Assembly: GCA_030628225.1 (NCBI GenBank)
Contig: DAOVRJ010000002.1
Span: forward strand, 1-33,141
Reading direction: 5' to 3'
Source of the DNA: Candidatus Zixiibacteriota bacterium
Lineage (GTDB): Bacteria > SM23-81
Length of the DNA stretch: 33,141 nucleotides
The first letter of the stretch is position 1; every line of letters starts with the position of its first letter. Positions 8,873-15,886 of the stretch are shown here, in pieces. A model generated the notes under the pieces. That model saw only the letters and a list, made by a program, of their open reading frames with translations. It did not search any database and was not told the DNA's origin. The translations under genes and the position numbers were made by a program.

Positions 8873-10009
8873 TCAGGAGCACTCTTTTTCCATCCGCAGA
8901 CATCGCTCGGCCATATGCCGCCACTGCAGAGTTTCCACAACCCTTTTTCTCCCGCCATGTCCTAATCTACTGGCGTAGGATTCGTCCGCCAGAATCCGCA
9001 CCAGAGTGCTGGCGATCTGGTCCTGGTCTTCCGGATCAACCAGCAGTCCCGTCTGCTCATTCAAGATGGCGTCAGGAATCCCTCCTGATCTACCTCCAAC
9101 CACGGGCAGTCAGCAGGCACCTGCCTCCAGGAAGGTAATTCCAAAACCCTCTACATCCCCTTCCTTCCCGATCTCACGGCTGGCCATGATGTAGACGTCG
9201 GCCAGGTTGTAGTGATCCACCAGCTGATCTCCGGGCACATAACCCGTGAAAATAACCCTGTTCTGCATCCCCAACGACCGGGCCAGAACCCGGAGACGAG
9301 GTTCCTCAGGCCCCTGACCGGCCACCAAGTAGACAGCGGTGGGGATTTTCTGGATTACCCGGGGAAGGGCCCTGATCACCTGATCCTGGCCCTTGCGGGC
9401 TACCATACGGGCCAGGGTGAAAATCACCTTTTTGCCCTGCAGCCCATATCGCCTCATCAAGGAGGATGATCTTAACCGGGGACGAAAAACTTCTGCATCG
9501 ACCCCATTTGGAACCACGGCCACTTTTTCCCGGGGAACTCCCAGCCGGATCAAAATCTGGCGAGTATATTGGCTCACTGCCAGACCGCGGTGAGCACAGC
9601 AGAAAGCCCGGCGTATCAGCCGCTGGCGCGAGCGCCTCTTCTCCTTGAGAATTTCCCGCCCATGGGCGCCTATAATCACCTTCAATCCCAGAAGGGAAGA
9701 TAGCAAAGCCGGTACCAAGCCGACCTTCCAGTGGGTGGCATAGACGATAGGCCTAGTGCCCTGGGTCAGGAGAAATTTGGCCAGATAATAGGCCACGTAG
9801 ATGTCACGGTAGCTGTTCCAATCACGACCGCCCATGCGCCAGATGGTAAATGGCTGCTGACGGTCAAATTTCCTGTTTTGCGGCGTAGCTCTGCGGGCTA
9901 AGACCGTGATGGGTCCACCCAGCTGATGCAGGTTCCTGGCCAGCTGGAAAGCCCAGGTCTGCAGTCCGCCCTCCTTGGGGGGAAAATCTTCAGTGATCAG
10001 CAGTCTCAT
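8873..10009 (-). pseudogene. glycosyltransferase family 4 interrupted by a single in-frame TGA (9112-9110)
   Basis: ORFs 9110..10009 and 8873..9103 share one frame. Read through, the sequence is ...EGFGITFLEAGAC*LPVVGGRSGGIPDAILNEQTGLLVDPED..., about 378 codons in total. The stop falls where GT4 enzymes carry the Gly of the EA.A.G.PVV motif. ATG 10009 overlaps the upstream stop as ATGA. Confidence 0.75.
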
Positions 10010-11106
10010 GCGCCCACCGAATCCTCCGCCAATGCCAGCAAAAGACCCCGAAAAGCGGCCAGGACGTCATCCACGGACACGTCGCCTTCCGGGCGATAGA
10101 CAATTTTATTCCGCGGCCCCTGCGCTCCGTACCGTTGATAATTAGGCACTAGAAAGATAGCGATGGTCGGGGTGCCCACGGCCATGGCCAGGTGCATGGG
10201 CCCCGTGTCGCCGGAAATAAGAAGATCGCAGCTTTGCAGATGGCTGGCCAGATCGCGGACTCCCAGAGGCGGGGCAATGAACAGGCCCTCCAGAGATCTC
10301 CCTTCAAATTGGCGAATCGCCTGACGCTCCCCCGGTCCCCAGAACAGAACGACCTTGGCGTCGTAGTCCTGAATGAGCCGTTGGGCCAGCCGGGCGAAAC
10401 ACACCACAGGCCACCGTTTCTGGCCACGTCCCCCTATATGCATACCTACCACCCGATCGCCTTCCAACAGACCCCAATCCCTTTGACGCCGGACAGCTCT
10501 CTGCCTCTCCTCTGTCGAAATACAGACCTTGACCCGGCTCCTGTGGATCTGGCCGAAGCAAAAACGGAGCAGGTCCAGGTGATAATCGATCTCAGATTTT
10601 TCCTCTTTGCCTCGCGGAACCAGCAGATTCAGGAAAAGATGGCTTTCGCCCCTAAGGTATCCCAGGCGCAGCGGGGCTCTGCTGAGATAGGTCAGCAGGG
10701 CGTTATTCAAAGAGAGGCCATCAACGGGACCGCAGTCGATGGCCAGGTCAAAGGCTTTCCTGCTCATCTTTCTGAGAAAAATGGCAAATCGCCAAGGATG
10801 ACGGATGAACTGCCGTTTGTCAAAGGAGATGATCTCATCTACATTGGGGTTGCCGCGAAGCACATCGGCGAAACGGCTGCTGACCAAAGCGGATATGCGG
10901 GCGCGGGGCAAAATTCTCCGCAGGGCCTCTAAAAAGGGAGTGGTCAGGATCACGTTCCCCAAGCGTTCATCCTGGCGAACCACCAGAACTCGTTTTAGCT
11001 GGCGTCCCGCCAGAGCCTCCCGGTCCAAAGGGCTGCCACCCAAAAGAGGACGGAGAAGAGCCAGGGCAATTTTCTTGCCCCTTTTTTCCAGAGATTTCAG
11101 CCTCAT
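10006..11106 (-). CDS. glycosyltransferase family 9 (LPS heptosyltransferase-like)
   Basis: It has the GT9 pattern: KRVLVVRQDERLGNVILTTPFLEALRR..., the C-terminal DLLISGDTGPMHLAMAVGTPTIAIF, and ATGA overlaps at both ends. Confidence 0.85.
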   Translation of the reverse strand: MRLKSLEKRGKKIALALLRPLLGGSPLDREALAGRQLKRVLVVRQDERLGNVILTTPFLEALRRILPRARISALVSSRFADVLRGNPNVDEIISFDKRQFIRHPWRFAIFLRKMSRKAFDLAIDCGPVDGLSLNNALLTYLSRAPLRLGYLRGESHLFLNLLVPRGKEEKSEIDYHLDLLRFCFGQIHRSRVKVCISTEERQRAVRRQRDWGLLEGDRVVGMHIGGRGQKRWPVVCFARLAQRLIQDYDAKVVLFWGPGERQAIRQFEGRSLEGLFIAPPLGVRDLASHLQSCDLLISGDTGPMHLAMAVGTPTIAIFLVPNYQRYGAQGPRNKIVYRPEGDVSVDDVLAAFRGLLLALAEDSVGA

Positions 11107-12989
11107 GGGCTTGATTCCAAAGACATCTGTTGAAACTGCAGCTTGTAAAGCTTCTTATAGACGCCCTCTTGGCGAATGAGATCTTCATGGCTGCCCTCTT
11201 GGACAACGGTTCCTTTCTCTAAAACTACGATGCGGTCGGCGTTTTGAACCGTGGACAGCCGATGGGCGATAACCAAAGTGGTGCGATCCTTCATCAGCCT
11301 CTCCAGTGCTTGCTGAACCGAAATCTCCGACTCGCTGTCCAGGGCGGAGGTGGCCTCGTCCAAAATGAGAATTTTCGGGTCTTTGAGCAGGGCCCGGGCA
11401 ATGGCGATCCTCTGGCGCTGACCGCCAGAGAGTTTGGCACCCCTGTCCCCGATAAACGTCTCATATCCCTCACTCAGCCCCAGGATGAACTCGTCAGCGT
11501 TGGCCGCCCCGGCCGCCTCCTCCACCAGCTTCCGGGTGACCCTCTCTGAGCCATAAGCGATATTATTGAAAATAGTGTCGTTGAACAGGATGGTTTCCTG
11601 GGTGACAATGCCCAGCAACCCGCGCAGGGAGGAGATAGTAATATGGCGAAGGTCCACGCCGTCCAACTCCACGGCTCCCTCTTGAGGATCATAGAACCGG
11701 GGCAGAAGATCGGCCAGGGTCGATTTGCCCACGCCGCTGGCCCCCACCAGAGCCACTATCTCACCCTGATGGATCTCCACATCGATGTGATCCAGAACCC
11801 GTCCTCCCGTGTCATACTGAAAAACCACATCCCGAAAACGGATGGAATCCCGAAAGTCCATCACGTCCACGGCAGCTGAGGATTCCTGAATTCTGGGCAC
11901 GGTGTCCAGCACGGCAAAGATGCGCTGGGCAGCCGCCAAACCCTGCTGAATCTGGTTGTGGACCTTGGCCAGGCTTTTTATGGGTTGCATCAGCAAAAAG
12001 ATGGCGAAGACATAGGTCATGAAGTCCTCCGGCGCCATCATCTCTCCTCGCAGCACCTGCCGTCCTCCATACCACAGCACCACCACCCCGGCAGCAGTGC
12101 CCAGAAACTCGTTTACCGGGCCTGCCAGAGTTCGCACCCGCACCATCTTCAGCATAGTTCTGAAGTAACGCCCGGTCTCGCTTGTGAATTTGCTAATCTC
12201 CACCTTTTCCATCCCAAAGGCCTTGACCACCCGGATTCCGGAGAAGGTCTCCTGAAGTATGGAGGTAATATTGCCTATTTTCTCCAGGGATCGAACACTG
12301 TATTTGCGCAATTTTCGGCCAATCTTGGATATGACCAATAGGCTAAAGGGCAAAACGGCCAGCACAACCAGGGTCAATTTCCAGTTTATCAGAATCACGA
12401 TGGTCAAATACACCAGGATCAACAGCGGATCCCGGATCAAGGTGGAGAAACTCACATTGATGGTATCTTGGAGGGCCACCGTGTCGTTGGTTACCCGGGA
12501 GATGAGCTGTCCGGTTCTTCTGCCGTGGAAGTAATGCAGGGAGAGGGACTGGAGATGTCGAAACAGGGCATCTCGAACGTCTTTAACGATCCCCTGTTTG
12601 AGGAAGGCCATGAAGTAGGCCTGGAGATAGAAAAACAGGTTTTTCAGGAAGATGATCAGCAGGATGGCAAAACACAGCCGCTTCAATGAGTCCAGCTTGC
12701 TTTCACCGATCAGCAAGGAATAGGTTCTGGCCTTGAACAGATCCTTCAGCCTGGCCAGCCCGGGGGTCTGACCGGAAAGGCCCTCGATGGTCGATTCCGG
12801 GGAGCTCTCATCGACCCCCTCGTTCGTGGCTGTCACCACATCTGAGGTAAAGACGGTCTTCATCAGCGGCGTAAGCAGCCACACAGTGGCTCCGCTAAAG
12901 ACGGTGAACAGAATGGTACAGATGACAGCGACACTCAGATGCTTCCAGTAGGGCCTGATATAAGCCGCCACGCGCAGAAAGAGGCTCAT
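11103..12989 (-). CDS. msbA: ABC transporter permease/ATPase, MsbA-like lipid A / lipid exporter
   Basis: It has a six-TM ABC exporter domain plus an NBD with Walker A GASGVGKST, signature LSGGQRQRIAIARALL and Walker B ILILDEATSALD. I place the start at ATG 12989 (MSLFLRVAAYIRPYWKH), which overlaps the upstream TGA as ATGA. The ORF-track start at 13031 lies inside the upstream gene. Confidence 0.88.
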   Translation of the reverse strand: MSLFLRVAAYIRPYWKHLSVAVICTILFTVFSGATVWLLTPLMKTVFTSDVVTATNEGVDESSPESTIEGLSGQTPGLARLKDLFKARTYSLLIGESKLDSLKRLCFAILLIIFLKNLFFYLQAYFMAFLKQGIVKDVRDALFRHLQSLSLHYFHGRRTGQLISRVTNDTVALQDTINVSFSTLIRDPLLILVYLTIVILINWKLTLVVLAVLPFSLLVISKIGRKLRKYSVRSLEKIGNITSILQETFSGIRVVKAFGMEKVEISKFTSETGRYFRTMLKMVRVRTLAGPVNEFLGTAAGVVVLWYGGRQVLRGEMMAPEDFMTYVFAIFLLMQPIKSLAKVHNQIQQGLAAAQRIFAVLDTVPRIQESSAAVDVMDFRDSIRFRDVVFQYDTGGRVLDHIDVEIHQGEIVALVGASGVGKSTLADLLPRFYDPQEGAVELDGVDLRHITISSLRGLLGIVTQETILFNDTIFNNIAYGSERVTRKLVEEAAGAANADEFILGLSEGYETFIGDRGAKLSGGQRQRIAIARALLKDPKILILDEATSALDSESEISVQQALERLMKDRTTLVIAHRLSTVQNADRIVVLEKGTVVQEGSHEDLIRQEGVYKKLYKLQFQQMSLESSP

Positions 12990-13768
12990 CTGGGCACCTC
13001 TTCCCAATGCGGTTTGAATTCCAGCTCCCACAGCTTGGCGTACTTGGTAAAGACGTAGCCGGCGGAGAGTACGGAGAGAATCAAACCCTGCAGACCATCT
13101 AAAAAACCGGCCCTGACAAAGTACATCTTCAGAAAAATGGCCACGGGCCTGAGGATGAGGTCGCCAGGTCTGGCCCGTCGCCCCACCTGATAGAGATCTT
13201 GGGCTGCTAACGATGTGTAGCGGTGGAATTTATCGAAGTAATGAGCCAGATCTCGATCAGTATAGTGCAGGAGATCGTGCTTCAGAACCCCTGTGGACCC
13301 CTGAACGAGCACCCCTTCATGGACCCTTTTTTCCTGGAACCGTCCGGCATCCCGGCGAAAGAGCCTCAGAACGTGCCCCGGATACCAGCCACAATGTCGG
13401 ATCCATCTGCCCAGAAACCAGGCTCGGCGAGGCACGCAGAAACCCACCTTGTCACCGGCCTCCTCGATGGCCTGCCGGATCTCCCGGGCCAGCTCCGGGG
13501 TTACTCGCTCGTCGGCATCGATGGACAATACCCACTCTTCGGCAGCCCTGTCCAAGGCGGCATTTTTCATCTTCCCGAAGCCCAACCACTGGATCTGGTC
13601 ACACTTTTCGGTGAAATGCCGGCAGATGGAAACCGTCCTGTCCCGGCTGTAAGAATCCACGACTACGATCTCATCAGCCCACTGAACGCTGCGGAGGCAA
13701 GCTTCGATGTTAGCCTCCTCGTTGTGCGTGATCAGAATCACCGAGAGCCCTGGCATCGGCCTTCCCAT
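12986..13768 (-). CDS. glycosyltransferase family 2, WaaE/KdtX-like LPS core glycosyltransferase
   Basis: LSVILITHNEEANIEACLRSV.WADEIVVVDSYSRDRT ... SIDADERVTPEL is the typical GT2 / KdtX-like layout. ATG 13768 or ATG 13756 could be the start. Confidence 0.82.
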   Translation of the reverse strand: MGRPMPGLSVILITHNEEANIEACLRSVQWADEIVVVDSYSRDRTVSICRHFTEKCDQIQWLGFGKMKNAALDRAAEEWVLSIDADERVTPELAREIRQAIEEAGDKVGFCVPRRAWFLGRWIRHCGWYPGHVLRLFRRDAGRFQEKRVHEGVLVQGSTGVLKHDLLHYTDRDLAHYFDKFHRYTSLAAQDLYQVGRRARPGDLILRPVAIFLKMYFVRAGFLDGLQGLILSVLSAGYVFTKYAKLWELEFKPHWEEVPR

Positions 13769-13824
13769 GGGACGAAAATGCGCCTTAAAAAAACAAAAAA
13801 CTTGCCGTTTTTCGAGTTTCTCCT

Positions 13825-13853
13825 AAATTAACACATTCCGGCAACGATGTCAA
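13825..13853 (-). promoter_or_regulatory. sigma-70-type promoter for the GT2-msbA-GT9-GT4 operon
   Basis: On the minus strand: TTGACA (13853-13848), exactly 17 nt of spacer, then TAATTT (13830-13825). It starts 2 nt after the upstream TAG stop and lies about 55 nt before ATG 13768. Confidence 0.5.
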
Positions 13854-13855
13854 CT

Positions 13856-14653
13856 CTATTCAAAGGGCAGACGTATACGCTCCACCGAGGTGGGAATATC
13901 CAACCAGAATTGCTGATCACTAATCAGCGGGTTCACCTCCTGGCGGGTGAAGATCACTTTCAGCTCTTCTGCCCTGGCGGGAAAGACTAAACTGATCTCG
14001 CCGGGCCGTACGATCCCATCCATCACCCGGTGGTCCCGAAAAGTCTTGCTCAAAAAGGCCTGATTCCGGGCATCGAAATAGACCACTTCCAGGACTCTCA
14101 AACCGTCTTCAGCAACCTGGACCTCTTTATGTCCCCCATCACACAGAAAGCTCAGGGTATACCCAGCGTCCGTCTTCCGATAGTCCAGAAGGTGGGAAAC
14201 TGGCGGCAGCCTGACCGCACCGACCATGGCCGTCATCAGATCCGTAAGACTCATGTTTATACCCAGTACCTGATCTATCTCCTGGTGAGTAAACTGGCCC
14301 TCATAGAGGCGATTTGCCAGGGGCATATAGATGCTGACCTCTTTCTGGCGAATGGTCATCACGGCTGCGGTCATGCCGAACAAAGCGCTGAATGTGACCC
14401 TGTAACGGCCCTGCTCGGCGAAGAGCACCGTGACCTTGGCCAAACGGCTCTGCGGAATATGGGGTGAGAAAAGGCGGGCTTCTGCCCGCAGGCTGTGGAG
14501 ACAACTGGCATTTTTATTGATTCTCTCCACGATATCCTCTGGTCCGCGCACAGGTCCGAGACCCAGGTCAAGGGCAGGGTGCTGAGCACACTTCCAGCAG
14601 AAAAACAGCAAAAACAAAACCATAAGAAAGCTTTTCGTTTCGGTCCTCATCAT
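13856..14653 (-). CDS. DUF4292 / LolB-like outer-membrane lipoprotein
   Basis: It has a signal peptide with Cys (MMRTETKSFLMVLFLLFFCWKC) and a LolB/DUF4292-like body. I place the start at ATG 14653, with GGAG 5 nt upstream. The longer ORF-track start at 14749 would run through the terminator hairpin at 14690-14725. Confidence 0.55.
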   Translation of the reverse strand: MMRTETKSFLMVLFLLFFCWKCAQHPALDLGLGPVRGPEDIVERINKNASCLHSLRAEARLFSPHIPQSRLAKVTVLFAEQGRYRVTFSALFGMTAAVMTIRQKEVSIYMPLANRLYEGQFTHQEIDQVLGINMSLTDLMTAMVGAVRLPPVSHLLDYRKTDAGYTLSFLCDGGHKEVQVAEDGLRVLEVVYFDARNQAFLSKTFRDHRVMDGIVRPGEISLVFPARAEELKVIFTRQEVNPLISDQQFWLDIPTSVERIRLPFE

Positions 14654-14689
14654 GGCATCTCCATCATGTCGACTCGTCTTTCCCTTAAC

Positions 14690-14725
14690 AAAAAACCGCA
14701 GAAACAGATGAACATGTCCTGCGGC
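14690..14725 (-). terminator. rho-independent terminator after the TPR gene
   Basis: On the minus strand: CCGCAG (14724-14719), a 17-nt partly self-pairing loop, CTGCGG (14701-14696), then TTTTTT (14695-14690). Confidence 0.5.
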
Positions 14726-14775
14726 TTTTGACTGTTCTGTTGTCCTCAATATCCGTGAGGATCTCGAAGAAGGCG

Positions 14776-15756
14776 CTATTCCTCCTCCGCGGACTTCTTC
14801 AGCTCATCGACCTTATAAGTGGCGTATTGGGACCATTTGCTATCTTTTGAGGCACCAGTGTAGGCCTCGATGGCATTCTGAACCTGGCCGAACCCCTCAT
14901 AGGCCTCACCCAACGCCATCAGAGCTTTAGCGTCACCAGGCCTCATCTCTAAATACTCTTTGGCCGCGGAAACAGCATCGGTGTATCGACCTACGGCGTT
15001 GTACACCACGGCCAGACGATAGCGACTATCCGTGGCCAGCTTGGAACTCGAGCCAACGACCAGTTGATATGCCCCGATGGCTCTCTGATACTGCCCATCA
15101 TCCTTGTACACCAGACCCAGCCTATAGTACGCTTGCATGTAGGTGCTATCTATGGCAACAGCTTGATTGTACGCCTTGATGGCAGAGACTAGCTGCTTCT
15201 GCTTTCTAAAAACCTCACCGATATAGTAGAACGCCTCGCCATACTCGGGATCGACAGCCACGGCCATCTGCAATACCTCCAGGGCCTGGTCTAGCTTTTT
15301 TTGAATGAGATACAGCCGTCCCAGGGAATAATAGGCCATGGAGTATTTGCCGCCGATCTCAGGGCCGAAGTTGGTAATGGTGAGAAACTGGTTGATAGCC
15401 TTATCGTACTCCTTCTGCGTCCAGTAAGCCTTACCTAAATCCCAGTAAGCCTCAATATATTGGGGGTTTATTTCAATTACCTTACTCAGATACTCGATGG
15501 ACTCCTCCAGCTGACCCTGCAATCGCAAGGCTAATCCCAGACCGTATATAATCTTCACATCATCAGGATCCAGCTCCAGGGCCATCTTGAATTCAGCCAC
15601 CGCTTTGTCATAATCTCCAGCTCTGGTAAACTCGACGCCGGCGTTGTAGTGCTTGATGGCCTCGGGGTTCTGCTCCTGCTCATCGGCGACAGCACAAACG
15701 CTGAGCAAAATACTCAACCCAAAGAGCACAAATACGTTGCGAACTGTTTTTCTCAC
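14776..15756 (-). CDS. secreted tetratricopeptide (TPR) repeat protein
   Basis: It has a signal peptide (MRKTVRNVFVLFGLSILLSVCAVA) followed by about 8 tandem 34-residue TPR units (A..Y..A..L.P....A...LG). The start is GTG and the stop is TAG. Confidence 0.8.
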   Translation of the reverse strand: MRKTVRNVFVLFGLSILLSVCAVADEQEQNPEAIKHYNAGVEFTRAGDYDKAVAEFKMALELDPDDVKIIYGLGLALRLQGQLEESIEYLSKVIEINPQYIEAYWDLGKAYWTQKEYDKAINQFLTITNFGPEIGGKYSMAYYSLGRLYLIQKKLDQALEVLQMAVAVDPEYGEAFYYIGEVFRKQKQLVSAIKAYNQAVAIDSTYMQAYYRLGLVYKDDGQYQRAIGAYQLVVGSSSKLATDSRYRLAVVYNAVGRYTDAVSAAKEYLEMRPGDAKALMALGEAYEGFGQVQNAIEAYTGASKDSKWSQYATYKVDELKKSAEEE

Positions 15757-15806
15757 TCTTTTCTTCCCTTCCCATGGGTGAATATGACTTTATTAACCTT
15801 TTTGAT

Positions 15807-15835
15807 ATTATAACCCGCCTTATTCATGAAGTCAA
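15807..15835 (-). promoter_or_regulatory. near-consensus sigma-70 promoter for the TPR gene
   Basis: On the minus strand: TTGACT (15835-15830), exactly 17 nt of spacer, then TATAAT (15812-15807), about 50 nt upstream of GTG 15756. Confidence 0.6.
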
Positions 15836-15837
15836 GA

Positions 15838-15862
15838 GAAAAGTTCCCGGCAGCGGTGCGGG
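15838..15862 (-). terminator. possible weak terminator after comEC
   Basis: On the minus strand: CCCGCA / TGC(C)GGG, 6 bp with one bulge and a 4-nt loop, followed by AACTTTTCTC. The stem and T-run are both short. Confidence 0.3.
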
Positions 15863-15886
15863 CTCCCGTGAATCAATGCTCTGCGC

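Noticed and set aside
9110-9112. Genetic code 25 (TGA = Gly) as an explanation for the in-frame TGA at a conserved glycine.
   Set aside because: At least 13 well-supported genes in this window terminate at TGA at the expected C-terminus, including GH57, rel, comEC, the M23 peptidase, coaE, polA, msbA and GT9. The long genes are not otherwise broken by TGA. Global reassignment is therefore excluded.
9072-9112. Selenocysteine insertion at the TGA, with the TCAGGA-GGGAT-TCCTGA hairpin acting as a SECIS element.
   Set aside because: The position is a structural Gly/Ala in GT4 enzymes, not a redox Cys site. The hairpin is only 6 bp and is encoded by the conserved GGIPD motif. No sel genes are visible. 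This is kept only as a remote alternative inside the main finding.
14654-14749. A 32-codon N-terminal extension of the DUF4292 lipoprotein ORF.
   Set aside because: The extension runs through the terminator hairpin and T-run at 14690-14725. The ATG at 14653 has a GGAG SD and gives a proper signal peptide.
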